64,000 nt of DNA from contig NC_134029.1 in assembly GCF_964204645.1 (NCBI RefSeq), positions 14,038,850 through 14,102,849 on the forward strand. The letters are read 5' to 3'. This DNA comes from Tubulanus polymorphus. Its lineage: Eukaryota; Animalia; Nemertea. Shown piece after piece: positions 33,553 to 47,848 of the stretch (positions are counted from its first letter, which is position 1; every line of letters starts with the position of its first letter). The notes below the pieces were generated by a model. It worked only from the letters and a program-made list of their open reading frames with translations, had not been told where the DNA came from and did no database searches. The position numbers and the translations under genes are program-made.

Positions 33553-34626
33553 TTTTTAGCCCAGTTGGGACTTTATTCCCAGCGGGCTATTGCGTTCACT
33601 TTTCGTCCGTCGTCTGTCGTAGCGTTCGTCCGTCCGTCCGTATCCAGTTATTTTGGGAAGTTTTGAAGACGCTTCAAGGTTACGTCTTGATATTTGGTTT
33701 GTACATGTATCTAACCTAGACACATTGTCAGTCCAAAAACTGGCCCTGTCAGATTCAAGATGGCCTACTGGCAGCCATTGTTGTTCGCCAAAATCAGCAC
33801 TTTTTACACATTTTGGAAGTTTTCGAGGGAAATTTTGAAGTCGCTTTGACCTTTAGTTTATATTTGAATCTACCATGGGCCAATCAGCATAGGAAAAATT
33901 GGGTTGATCTGACTGAAGATGGCCGTCCTATGACCTTTTTAGTGCCCTAAAATGTCAATTTTGGCCAGAATTCTAGGTCCTGTAGCTTCGTACTGGTTTG
34001 CTATTTCTCATTGCAATTTGTGATGGGTATTCTTTGGAAAAGGATGTTTTATTCCTGAGACAGGCATTTTTGATCAGCCAATTATGACGCAATAAGCGGC
34101 AATCTTGGTGTCATCAGTACTCATTCGTAGGTGGGAAAAAGTTTTTCCACATTAAATTGATACCTAAGCATATTGTGTTTCTATATTCAATTGGAAAGTT
34201 GTAGCCCGTAACGTGTTCTATGATTATGGTGAGTTTCAAGGTCATTGGATTTTGTATGTGGCCACCAGGGGGCGTTGAATAATACAATAACTTAGTATTT
34301 CTATATTATATTTGTACCTATGCATATTTTGTTACCACAATCAATTGCAAAGTTGTAGCTCATGACATCTTCCATGATTTTGGTGAGTTTTAAGGACATT
34401 TGTTATTCCATATTGTCACCAGGGGCGTTGAATAGTAGAATAGCTTAGTATTTCCTCATTAGATTGGTACCTAGGCATGTTTTGTTACCATGTTCAATTG
34501 CAAAGTTGTATTTCATGACATGTACTACAATTGTGGTGAGTTTTAAGGTCATTGGGTTTTGCATATGGTCACCAGGGGGTGTTGAATAGTAGAATAACTT
34601 AGTATTTCCATATTAAATTGGTAACG
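33553..34626 (+). mobile_element. HINE family A copy, 3' end missing
   Basis: 5' hairpin, (cgtc)n, and three ~153-bp internal repeats. Confidence 0.8.
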
Positions 34627-36270
34627 TGCTGAAAATTGCATGTCGATGCGCGGCATAGTGATGATAGCCCCCTCGTTTTAGTAACACGTTAAGCTCACCA
34701 AAATCAACGAAGCCATTAATCTTTAGATAAAGGATATTCTCTTAATAAAAAAGATTTGTTTGAAAAAATTTAAAAATGCCGATACATAGAATAAAATGCA
34801 TTGACAGATTCGAACCTAATATGCAACCACTGTGTAAACGTCAAATATGATTTAGCTTTGAAACCGAAAATACGCGGACGTACAATCAACAAATACGAAT
34901 TTATTTGACCAGGCATTTATTTTGGCTTTCAAACATCATGATACTGTATTATCACCATGCTTAAAAATGGATATGTCCTATTAAGAACTCATCTTAAGCA
35001 CCTGCTGAGTCGATAGATTGAGTGAATTTACAGATAAAAACGAATTATGATTTAGAATAGATTTAAGAAGTTAATGTTTTTATTGAAATATTTGAATAAT
35101 TACGTATATTGTAGTGTAGATGCAATCAATAAATTATGAATTGATTTGGTCTGGGTTTCCGGCTGATGTTGATTTTGGCTTTTATGGATTACAAATTCTA
35201 TAGTGATAAACAATTGATACCTGCAACATGTGTGTAAATCAAACCTATTCCACTAGTTGCGTGTGTTTCCTAATAAACGGGATATTCACTCTTGATCTGA
35301 GTTATTAGAAAAATAATGTTCATTTAGTTATAGAAATTTATTGCCTTTTTGAAAATACGGTAATAATATTTTTTCTGTCCTAATTTTTATTACTCTATGA
35401 ACCAGTGATATGCTTTGTAAATATGATGTAATAAAATAAATTTGAATTTGAATTAAATTTGAACCCGAGAATCAAGCATAACTTGTGTTTTATCAACTTG
35501 TCTTACTTGTCTTGTAAACCTATTCTAGTGTTATGTCGATCGTGTTGAATCACTTTGCTTGAGTTGAAGGAATCAGTACTTCTATGGTGCAACATCGGTC
35601 GAAGAGAGATATCTTGGTGTTGACTGTCCTTGACCATCTAACTTCATGCGTTTGACATTGGAATCAGCATCATACCCATTTGAACTGCAAAATATTCATA
35701 CAACATGAAAACCTACAGTACATGTATACAATAATCAAACTTTCACCGATGTTGGATATTTGAATGAACGTTAGGCTTATTTCAGTATTCTAAAGCAGGA
35801 AATAATAAGCCCAATCAATAGGCCCTATTCCCATTGGAACAATTGTATAATGCGTACAGCTGTACGGTACACTTATCAGTCAAGAATGGAGAAATCTGTA
35901 TACCAAACCTATGAACAGCAAAACGTACAGGCCTACAATGATTACAAGCCGTGACCACATGAACGTTTTGGTTTGACTATTAATGTCAGCAGGTCAGAGA
36001 AGGCCTGGCCAAATTTAATCACGTGGCTCAAATCAATTAGCCTTTCTGCGTGTGAATACTTCACTGTATTGTTTTAAAAATAGGCCTATCGAGTGAATTA
36101 GTACATGAGTGAATTAGAGTGAATTAGTACACTGAATTAGACTTTAGGCTAGTCCTGACCAAATCCTATCCATGTTATAATTGCACCAGTTATAGTAACA
36201 TCACTGTAGGGCCGAGGCCGACGAGAGGGTAAAAGTTGTGTTTGTAGTACATAGGCATGGTAGGCTTGTC

Positions 36271-36985
36271 GTACTCACTTAAAACGTACTCACTTAAAAC
36301 GCTGTTGTTACCTGTACGTGACTGTACGGTAATTTCTACAGGTTAGCCGTATGTGAGTATGTTGACGCTCAGACTTGCAATATTGGGATTCGAAACCAAA
36401 CGAAAAAAAAATCCAGTTGTAGTCCAGTGATTTACCCACTGTGCCACAGAACGTAACTGCAGGGTGGATGAAATTTGATTTACAAATAGCCTAGCCTCAC
36501 CTAACCCAAACTCTATTCTTTCACGCATGCGCGTTTGCAGATTATAGGAACTCACGTATGGCATTTTTAGGGAACTCACATACGGTTAACCTGTGGATCA
36601 TCACCGTACAGTCATGTACGGGTAACAACTTCGTACTTAAAATGGTAATGGCTACTAGGAACTCACGTACGGCGTTAGTAGGCAACTCACGTGCGATTAA
36701 TCTGTGGAGATCACCGTACAGTTAGGTACGGGTAACAACTTCGTGCTTAAATGGTATTGGCTACTAGGAACTCACATACGGCGTTATTAGGGAACTCACG
36801 TACGGTTAACCTGTGGAGATCACCGTGTACAGTCATGTACGGGTAACAACTTCGTACTTAAAATGGTATTGGCTACTAGGAACTCACATACGGTGTTAGT
36901 ATGGAACTCACGTACGGTTAACTATGGAGATCACCGTAGTCACGTACAAGTAACAACTACGTACTAAAAATGGTATTGGCCACTA
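36271..36985. repeat. Foldback-like element: one inverted unit plus four ~110-bp tandem units
   Basis: taggaactcac at 36545, 36656, 36765 and 36877; 36304-36358 is the reverse complement of part of the unit. Confidence 0.75.
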
Positions 36986-37374
36986 TATAATAGGCCTATA
37001 GACAAATAAATACTGGTAGGCTTTCTTTAGCTTCCACACTTCACAACCGAACCAACTGACCAACCAGTATATTAAGTCCCAGTAGGCACCAACCGGCACA
37101 GGCCTAACACTGTTTGTCAACTGTGTGTACCATAGTAGGCTATTGATAATCACCTGATACTTTTCTGTCGTTTGTTTTCTCTCTGAGACGAACGTAATTC
37201 TAGTAGGCATCCGCGACTCAACGACCTTGATTTAAACTTGATCAATTCAAAATCTGTTTATTGACGCTTTTGGTTACATGAACTGATCAGCAAAATACTT
37301 AAATGAAATAACCGGAATAACAAGAAATCAAAAATATTAAAGAGGTAACAAACAAATGCCCGTAAACCTGTCAG

Positions 37375-39087
37375 ACACGTGAACGCCGGACTCGTAAACT
37401 CTTGGACTCGGACCCGCTGAGCAATAAATTCATAAAATTGACTTTGAAATTGATTGTGGAGAAGAGAGGGAATGATTCGTTTGCTCTTCCTCAAAAAGAA
37501 GAGAGAAATGTCGGAAAGAAAACACAACATGGCTACTAATTGAACAGAGCCAAATTTCCGATGTTTACGGCTCGACAGTGCCTTTATAACGTGGATTTAT
37601 CAAAATTCCCATGCAGTATCTGGAGATGAAGGATATCATACGGATTGTATTTGCCACAGCGGTAATGTAAGGAAGCCTTTACACTTTTAACAAAAACTGT
37701 GTGGAAAAGGGAAAAAATGATAAATATAGCTGCAAGCAGCGATAACGGGTTTCTGCCTTTCTGGATAGAATGTCGTTCAGGGATGCGAGCAAAGATTTCA
37801 CACGAACTCAGTTCGTCACATTCCGTTTTTTGGAAGAGTGCCACCTAGGGGTCAACTCACAACATGGATATGTTGACTCACATGTGCTACTACGCGCATG
37901 TGCTACTACGCGCAAAGTACTAATGTGCCAGGTTTTGGGGGAAATAACATCGAGAAGAACGAAGCTACAGTGTTTTTACCATTCGCTAGTGACAGTTTAA
38001 GCGCATATTCGGTTGTTATTGGTTCCGAAAAAAATCGACTAGATAAGAAAACCGAATTTGGCCCAAAGCACAAATTTGGCCTATAGGGTAAACTATGCAG
38101 GAGGGAAGGCCTTATAGTGTTACTATTAGTAGAGGAGTGACAAGTCAGTCTTACGTGTCAAGCGATCAGATGGGGACTACAATTCACATATGAAATTGAC
38201 GTCCAATAACCATTATAAAAACATAATCACGAACGGTACCATCACTCCCCATTAGTGACTGTCACTGGTCTCTGGCTAGCAATCATTCTTTATCGGTGCA
38301 GTGGGTAGGTATTTTCAACTGACTTTGTTCTTCTATGACATTACCATCGCCGCTGCGTCACGATTTGATGTACATGTACAAGGGACCTCCAATTTGTAAT
38401 GTATGTGATGTATAAACTGACTTTAGACTGTTTAATATCGACGATAACAAGGTGTCACCGACGCTGACATTTTCTGACGCTAACTAGTATGACCCGCCTT
38501 TTGGACCGAACCAATTCAATTCAATTAAGAAAAACGCGTACCGGTACAATAAATAAATAAACCGCTGTTGATTTTTCGAAGCATTGATATCCACGAACAA
38601 AACTATACTATAATAGAATGTTTTAAAGGAACTGCTTTTAATAACAGTATGAATAAACTTACTTCACAAACAAGGAAGTACATTTTTAACTTGAATGGTC
38701 GAACCCCAGTTATTCACAGTAACCTGTGATTTGGATATTCTCGGAGCCTTCCTTCTTTATTTATTTCTTTCGCGCCATGATTGATGATTGCTATTTCCAC
38801 CGGTGTTATCTTTAAGTTACTTCAAGTTTAAAATAGGAAGCACAGTACATCCATAGAAACTACGCGCAGCAAGAGACTGTTATATTATTATCAGAGTTTA
38901 ACATTTCGTTTAAAAGTTGTTAGTAGTCAAATCTAATAGAAGATGATTTCCACGAAACTCAGTGGAAAATATGTTAAAATAATAATCAGCAGGAATCCAA
39001 TAGGGTTTCTGCCGAGGCAACAGAAACCCTAATAATAATCACGCGAATTTCAATAGGGTTTTCTGTGAAGAAACAGAAAACCCTAAT
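37375..39087 (-). mobile_element. HINE-like family E copy interrupted by family D (37720-38533) and a related element (~38535-39031)
   Basis: 37375-37718 plus 39030-39087 equals the uninterrupted copy at 54836-55223; terminal palindrome tagggttttctg..cagaaaacccta. Confidence 0.7.
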
Positions 39088-40054
39088 TAATTATGCATAC
39101 GCTCAGGATTATCTTGACGAAAAAAACATTTGTATCGATATGCAGATGAATTTTAAACACTTCTAATTCGTATTAAAAGCACCATACAGGTCGACCAATA
39201 TGGTGAAGTATATAGTTGAATTCGAACACATCGTTAACTGCGGCTTACTCACTACGATCCAGCCTATGCGTTGGATCGGTTTTATTGACCCACTGCGTCT
39301 TTTTTGCTCTACTGCTTAATGCTAAGGTTCCTGATGAGATGGTTATGTAGTAGGGTAGCCGCGATCCGCGCGCTATCCCTTAAGGCATGGTATACGGTGC
39401 ATCGCCGATAGAATGATACTATGAGTGAACGTTGACTGTCACCTCTTTCTGGCGAATAAATACCGCTCAAACCTACATACTGTTCATGCTGAACTGGTGT
39501 ACTGTAGTGTGAGAATAGATAGACAATTCATCAGAATGTCGAACTTGTTACTAACCTGACCACACAGAAAGAATCTGTTTAGTTGTAAAACGTTACAATA
39601 TTTATCAGTTCATTTCTAAAACTGCCGGGTCTGATATTGTAAAATACCATTTATCATGGTTTAAAAAAGTAATGTACAGGGTAGATAGGTGGCCGGCTGT
39701 GTCAACTTTTAAGCTCAGCAATGAGTGGAGAGACAAGGTATCAATTTTTTAGGTCTTTTTTAGGTCTTGGCTTTGAATCATGAAAATCCGGACAGAGTTT
39801 GTAAGGAATTTAGAATACGTTCTCATATCCCGATTCAGCTAGATTTGATTTCAGCTTCAGCAACAAAAATATGAATATGACATCTGAGATGCTTTTGATT
39901 TAACGAAACCTTATAATTTATTGGGAGGCTCATAATTTATAATGATTATATGTATTTCATTGAAAAACCTATTAGGCCTTCTTAAAATGTGGTACCTTCT
40001 CTTCCTTGTTTAAACAACTGTTTGTAATTTAAAATCTAATTACCTTATACTTTT

Positions 40055-43000
40055 GAATGATTGAATGAAGTTTATTTAGACACAAAATACCAGTACTGAG
40101 GTCAAGAGAATACAAATATATGCAAATATAAATCATTCTTAATGTACAGTAATGTGTCAAGGATTCATCCCAAGCCAAACAAGGCTGTACTCAGAGAGGG
40201 GATGAACCCTGATAACTAATGAAAATGACAATACATTATGATATATACATATAACAGTTCTGATAAATCAGATCCTTACAATATTAATGGTAATAATAAT
40301 GATAAGAATACTAATGAAGTTACTGATGAAAATGATAATAAATGATAATAATAATGAGAAAAAAATGATGATAAAATTAAAAAAAAAATGATAATAATAG
40401 AAAAGAAAAAAAATACACAGCACGCAAAATAACAAAAAAAAAAAACAAAAGAAAATCTGATTATCGTGCACATAATAACACTAATAATAACAATAATAAA
40501 ACTAATGTTAACGCTAATAATAACACAGTGATAACACTAATAACAAATAAGGAAACTAATAATTACACTAATAAAGACACTGATAATAATTCTAATAACA
40601 AATGATACTACTAATGATAACCACACTATAAATATCATTGATGATAACATTTATTATAACACTGATAGTAATACTAACGATAGATAATAACACTACAAAT
40701 AATGCTCATAATCCAATTACATCATGAATAAAGGGAATGATTTTGATTTTAAACCAGTTACAAAACTGTCAATGCAGGAAAACAGGCAAAGGAATTAAAT
40801 ATTTAATAGATATAATCAGTAGTTTTCAAAGGTAAATTGTTTGTATATTGTTATGAATGAATTTAGGCTGTTGGAATTTCGCAGTCTATTAGGAGAATTT
40901 TGCCAAAGAATTGGTACCTGTGCTAGAAATGAGTGATGGAAAAGCTTAGAAGTATGGTTTTGAACTCCAGTATAATTTCTATTTCTGGTGTTGTAATTAT
41001 GGTATAAGGAGCTTGTTTGAAATAAATAAAAAATGGGCTGAGGTAATTGTTTATGAAAATGAATTTTAATAATTCCAAAATAATTATATCATGGAATTTC
41101 AGGATTTTATGTTTTTCAAAAATGGGTCCAGTTTTTGCATTATAACTAGCATTATCCATTAACATAACAGCTTTTTTTGAATTTTGAAAATACAATTTTT
41201 TGCTGTGCATATAAAAGAGGTCCCCATACAAAAAGTGCATAATTTAGGTGACTATGAATATAAGCAAAATAGATTGATCTTTTTGTTTTATTTGGTGATA
41301 TATTCTTAACGCACCTTAATAAATAAAGATTCTTATTCAGTTTGTTGATAAGTTGTTTGATATGAAGATGTCATTTCAGGCTGACATCAATTTGCAGGCC
41401 TAAAAATTTACAAGCAGATGAAAGTTTCAAATCTGTGTTACCAATGGTAATAATTATATCTCGATCAACTTTTTTACCGTCTGGCTGAAATAATAAACAT
41501 TTTGTTTTATCTAGATTTAATGTTAATTTATTACTATTTAAACCAATTGTCGACGACAGGACGGAAATCATCCAACATTAATCGAAACACAATGAACAAC
41601 TGAAGTAATGTACACAGTGTATTTCGAGTACACACTAACATGTTACAGAATATACATAGCTTATATATAGACTTGAGGTAAATGTGTTAAATGAAACGAA
41701 AAGATTGTTCTGCACTAGAATTTCTTATTATGTACACTATACAAAAGAGTCGCTTATCTATAGTAAGCAGTAGTATAATACGGCTTTGGGTCAGAACACC
41801 AATTGACGATGAGACTCAAATCAATTTTAAGATTTTGTATAAGTTTATTAAGATTTCTATTAGATAATGATAAATTAGTGTCATCTGCATAAGAAATAGC
41901 TCTAGTATGTTTTAGGTTATACTGAAGGTCGTTAATATGAATTAGGAACAATAATGGCCCAAGTATGGAACCTTGAGGTACTCCATATGAGAATTACATG
42001 AAGAACAAGTATCATTGAAATTAACAAACATTTTCCTATTGTTGAAATAGCTTTCAAACCAATGATAGGCATGTCCTTTAATTCCGTAATGTTGTAGTTT
42101 GCATAGAAGTGTACTTATATCTAGACTATCAAAAGCCTTAGATAAGTCTAAGTATAAATCGATTGAATATAATTTGTGATCCTAACTTTTGATTGTATTT
42201 CCTGTAAATTCTGTTATTGCATCAGTAGTTGAGTGATTCGGCCGGAATCCATATTGACTGGCATTTAGAATATAGTTCGCAACAAGAAAATTATAAAGCC
42301 TCTTATGTACTAGTTTTTCTTATATCTTCGAGAGAACAGGCAGCAAGGAAATAGGGCGATAATTATTTAGAATATGTTTGTTACCAGATTTATAAAGAGG
42401 GATAACTTAAGCAATTTTCATCCTCTCTGGGAAAATACCTTCTTGTAACGATTTATTGCAAAGAATGGTAAGAGGATTTATAATGGTATTAGCAATTTGC
42501 TTTAATAGTTTATTACTTAAAACATCCGGTCCTTTACTTAGTTTAAGTGCGAGTTCATTTGTAATTTTAAATATTTCTTCATTGTTTGTTGGATTGAGAA
42601 AGATAAGGTTTTCATTTTTTGGTGGTAAGTAATTCATAAAATTTTGATCAGTTGCTGGTACTGCTTCTGCGCATTTTTTTCCAATAGTGGAGAAGTGTTG
42701 AATTCATTACTAATTAGATATTTTTCCTGAATTTGTTTGCCATCAATAATGATACTATTTGTAACCGAAGTTTTATCATCTGATTTTCCAATCATCTCTT
42801 TTATGAATTCCCACATTTTGCGACTATTTTTTCCAAAAGAAGCTATTCTTTGACTATAAAAGTTGTTTTTTGACGCTTTTAATATTATTCAATTGATTGC
42901 GATATGCACTAAAGTTTTGAAACCTTTTACCAGATTTATCAAGTGTTATTACTTTTTTATACATTTTATCACATTTTTTTGAAGCTTTAAGGATCGAGTC

Positions 43001-45130
43001 TGTTAGCCATGGTTCTCTGATTTTTTTGTGCTTACCAGTTTTGACTTCAGGAGAAATATTATCTATTATTGCTGTTATATTGGTCATTATATAATCATAA
43101 CAATCATTGCAACTAAGCCTATCCAAATGTGACCAGTCAACTGAAGAAAGAGAAGAATTAATTTATTGAATATTCCTATCATTAAAATTCCTAGTATACG
43201 ATTCTTTAGATTGAGGTTTTTCATAATCATTGATAGATACAAAGCAAGGTAAATGGTCAGAAATATGAGTTAACATAAAGGCACTTTTTTGTTTAGTGAT
43301 TAACTGAGGAGATAGATAAACATTGTCTATAAGTGTAGCAGTTGAGTGAGTGATTCTAGTCGGCCTAAGAATCGAAGGACATAGATTGTTACTCAAGTGA
43401 ATATCTAAGAACTTGGCAGTGTTTTTATGACAATTAATTTTGATAAAATCCAGATTTTGGTCCACACCAATAATCACTTCAGATTTTTCCTGATTAATTG
43501 TAGTCATCAGTTTTCCATACGTAGTACGAAAATCACTTTCACTTTTGCCAGGGACTCTCTACATTTCGCCTACAATAATTTTTTTGTTCAATTTAAGATA
43601 TGGATTAATTTCAATGAAGCAGGACTCAAACTTTCCTTCTTCAAATATATCAAGGTCTGATCTTCGGTTAAAAGATATGTCGTTATTCACATAAATTGCA
43701 ACACCCCCTCTGGAAAGATTAAGCCTATGATTATCTACTAACTGGTAATCTGGTATTTTGCACAATGATACGTTTTTGTCAATCAAGAAGGTTTCACAGA
43801 TAATGATAATGCTCTATGTTATTTGTCGACTTGAAATTATCATGATTATTTTAGTTTATCAAGTTTAGAATGGAGACTATGCATGTTCAATTGAAGTATA
43901 TTGAGATTTTTACCAGGACTAATAGGAAGTAAGTTGAGCTATGTCATCAGGAGCTATGTAGGGACATTGGTCACTATTAAGTGTGAATTCATTATCAATA
44001 ATCGAGCTAGAAAATAAATCCTTATCCTGTGCATGCTTTTCTAGTATAAAGAAATCAGTGTTACCAAGACACATTTAAATGAAAAAAGATAGCAAATAAT
44101 AATGATTATAATAATTATTATCATAATAGTAGTAATTATTATCAAAATTGTAAATTATAATCAAAGTAAAAAATATGAATAGCAATTAATTTAAAGAGAG
44201 AAAAAAATGCTTATGAATTCAACCAAATTTGAATTAAATGATACAGATACAAAAAAAACAAAAAAACAGCAGAGAGCGATTAATATCGCTTACAGTGTGG
44301 TGAATAGTTGAATAAATCAACTATGAATAGGTTTACGTTGTAGGAAATACTAGCTAGCAAAGTTTCAATCAATACCAAAATGAGATTACGGATTCAATGG
44401 CTATGGATTTTATGGTAATGGATTCAAATAAAATGTTGATTCGATAACACCTAAGCCACGACTTATGAACGGTTACTCTAATATGAGAGTAACTTTAGAA
44501 GCAGGCGAAACAAATATATATACTATGATGATATAACCAATACATATTACATGTAACGTTTATAATATTTTGTAGCATGAGGCAGACATCATGACTTAAT
44601 AGTGGCCTAAATATATAATTATTTAGTTGACTAAAATATGTTTATAGTTGATGAATCAATTTCAGTCTGTTGAAAAAGAAAAACTTAAACAGATTATTCA
44701 AATTTATCGACCATAAACATTTTGTTTTCGTTCCATTTTTAACACCGAATATTTTACCATGCGAGGCAAATACTGTGTCGTATTTACCACTTTTATAAGC
44801 TGCACTTTGTAGTTTGATTAATTCCGGAGCTAAGTCTTCTTGCACAACGTAACCAGTGCCTTTGAGTTTTTTCCTGTGAAGAAGTACTCTATCTCGGACT
44901 TTTCTGACTTAAAATCTCACAATTATTCCGGGTGGTTCATCCGAAGATCTATCACTACGAAGTCGATGGGCGATTTCAATGTCGTTGGCTGTCACTTTTT
45001 CGTTTGGAGGTATTTTAAGTTTGTTTATAACTTTGTCTATAACTATTTTTGTACAGTTTTCGTTATTGGTTATTTGGGCTAAGGATGAACCATAAATCCT
45101 CAAGTTACTACGTTTTATAACTTGCATTCC
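40055..45130 (-). mobile_element. CR1/L2-group LINE (Crack/Daphne-like), degraded and 5'-truncated
   Basis: ORF1 remnant (KRSNLRIYG, DIEIAHRL, IIVRF); APE (GGVAIYV, PTRIT..TLIDN, SDHLP); RT ([29 protein letters not shown]); 3' UTR stem-loop at ~40158-40212; AATAAA plus (ttca)n tail; many stops and frameshifts. Confidence 0.88.
41548..41798. mobile_element. Solo LTR (251 bp) inserted in the LINE RT
   Basis: TGT...ACA ends; exact 5-bp TSD ccaat; removing it rejoins IVNW/F..SNKLTLN. Confidence 0.8.
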
Positions 45131-45363
45131 CTTTTATGTCAAGTATTAGCCGATAGAGCACCTTACTAAACCAATGTATGGTATAGTATGGTGGATATAA
45201 TTAACTCCTTCAATTCACTTACTTCTGCGCTGAATCTAACTGTGCCCATGGGCACCTTGTTGAAATTTATGATGGGTATTCTATGGAAAGGGATCTTTGA
45301 TACTTGAGACAGGTATTTTTGATCAGGCTATTATCACGCAATCATCAGCGATCTTAAGTGCCA

Positions 45364-45903
45364 GGCCATCCCAAAATAATTGTCTCTTTGCTGTAACACC
45401 GACTCAAGTTTTGAGGATAAGGCGTTAGGTAGGTAGACAATTTTTTTGCAAAATTTTTGGGCAAAAAGAAAACAAATTTATTTCCTTTTTTTACTTGGAA
45501 ACAATATCACAAATCTGCTTTGTACACGGGAGATTTGTCTAATAGCCTAGATTTCAAGAATGATTCTAAAATTATGACTTCGCCTGGAGCGTCATGTTTG
45601 TGTTCAAAATGAAACAGTACATTAAATATACCATTACCCGCTCTGATATAGTCACTAAGAATGAATGCCAGCTTACTGGAACACTGTCAGTTTCCCGGAA
45701 AACCTAAACTATGCCACACCTCGAGGCGTGTTTTCGCACACTTGACTTCAAACATACGAAGCTCATACATTGCCAGTGGGTCGGTTGGCCATTTTATCAA
45801 AAATGAAATTATTATATTGAATCCCAGGAAAAAGTTTTCATTCGATACGTTCGAAGTCGGATCGGTCAGGTTACTGCAAACAGACTGTTATTGTGGGGTT
45901 GCC
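45364..45903. mobile_element. Harbinger MITE, second copy (reverse orientation) in a family A fragment (~45262-45965)
   Basis: Reverse complement of 32019-32586; flanks cca/tca (family A empty site gtcatcag). Confidence 0.75.
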
Positions 45904-46313
45904 TCATCAGTACTCATTCATAGGGGAAAATATCAACAAGTTTTAACTTATAGTCTTGATATTTGATTATTATTAGCTCTGTCATAAAAATCCAGGAGCA
46001 TATGTCCCGAGTGAAAATTTCATGTTAGAGCTTGTCACCAAACATTTTCTGAATCTTTGGAGATTGTAGATACAGAACATTTTGGTGCCCTTTTTACATT
46101 GTTGATTCGGTTGCCATGACAACCATTTCTACTTTACGATTAGTAATAACCACGTGAGTGGGTGTCATCAGTATTCATTCATAGGTAGAAATAGGTTTTT
46201 TTAAATATCAAGATGTTTTAACTTATAGTCTTTACGTATTGGCCCCACTCATGGTTGCGCCACCATGCGGGATTTACGCGAAGCAGCAGAAACACGCATG
46301 GCCACACTTTTGA

Positions 46314-47848
46314 CGGTTCGTAGCGATCCTGGAAAATGCTTTAATAGTGCTTGAATCACAAAATGTGTTTTCAAGGCCTTGAAAAATGCTTGAATTTTCA
46401 AAATTTCAGTAAAAATCATTGGAAGTCCTTGAATTTTTAATGTTGTCCAAATTTTGTCAATTAGTTTGTTGTATTGACTTCAATACGCCCGCGCACTGCC
46501 AACCACGTGTTAGAGTGCTGTGACTCTGTACTGTCAGCGTGCTATAGACTCGTATACACTGCTGACTTGTGTATATATACAGTACAAATGTATTAGGCAC
46601 GTGGCTCACTGCTGACAATGCGTATACAAATCTATTAGTAGACACGTGACGGCACTACCGCTATAGCGCGCCGCGTATATACAAATGCCGTTGTGATGAA
46701 ATAAACAAACAAAATACTTCAAATAATTCTAAATAGATTATTGGTAGTAAATAATGACCTCAAATTAATATAAAGACCGTTCTTGATTTTGACGACCTTT
46801 GGAGCATTAACTATCGAAAAGTGATTTTTTATGTCAGGGTATCCCGAGCTGATCATGATTAAGCGTTAAGCTGTTATCATTTAGACGTTTAAACCGGTCA
46901 TCGAAATTTGTTGGATTCAAAATTAGATAGGCCAGTATGAGAAAGTGCCATTTCTCTGACGCCTGGTTGGTGCATGAATCATACAAAAGTTGGATTCAAC
47001 GCAGACCAATTTCAACAGAAGCTAGGTGAAATCTCGCAAACAAAGTGAAACTCATGAGCTCATTTTAAAATCTGTGACCATGAGAAATTTGGCTAAAGGC
47101 AAGTCACATGAGTTGGCCGATGTAATTTCAGCCATCGAAACTCAAAAGGAGCAAATTAATCGATTGTAAATAGTTCGATGAGCTGTAATTTAATTTTGTA
47201 TAATTATGTTATTTTTGCTTTCGATAGTAGGCCTATGGCTTTTTGATGGCGAGGTCTACCTGTAAATAGGTTGATGAGCTGTAATTTTAATTTTGTATAA
47301 TTATGTTATTTTTGCTTTCGATAGTATGGCTTTTTGATGGCGAGGTCTACCTGTAAATAGGTTGATGAGCTGTAATTTTAATTTTGTATAATTATGTTAT
47401 TTTTGCTTTCGATAGTATGGCTTTTTGATGGCGAGGTCTACCTGTAAATAGGTTGATGAGCTGTAATTTTAATTTTGTATAATTATGTTATTTTTGCTTT
47501 CGATAGTATGGCTTTTTGATGGCGAGGTCTACCTGTAGTTCCGTTGAAAGGCCCACAGATTTCTTGTTTGAAAGTTATTAATTTCTGATACATGTAGTAA
47601 ATCTTTCTTAAAATAAAGCTGAAAGATTCCAAAGTTATCAAGTGCTCTGCTACGCGTGGATGTTTCTTTATGATGATTTGCGTTTGTACTTCTTTTAAAT
47701 TTCTGCAATAAAGGAATTTTCATTGCAATAAATTCACCTTAAATACTAGTGTTTATATGGTATTTTTCAGAAAATAGTACTTGAATTTTGTTGAAATAGG
47801 TCCTTGAAAGTACTTGAATTAAGTTGGGCCTGGAGGCTATGAACCCTG
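46314..47848 (+). mobile_element. hAT-like deletion derivative with 5-bp TSD
   Basis: Ends cggttcgtagc / gctatgaaccctg; cttgaa sub-repeats; tttga on both flanks; transposase N-terminal remnant MRKCHFSDAWL..YKSWI at ~46937. Confidence 0.6.
47165..47536. repeat. 91-bp tandem repeat, 4 units
   Basis: gatgagctgtaatt at 47177, 47273, 47364 and 47455. Confidence 0.92.

Noticed and set aside
33143-33559. 138-aa ORF
   Set aside because: Runs through the ICR/ITR and into flank; no protein-like features.
40268-40710. Hydrophobic ORFs resembling membrane proteins
   Set aside because: Translation of low-complexity (taa/tga)-rich sequence in the LINE 3' UTR.
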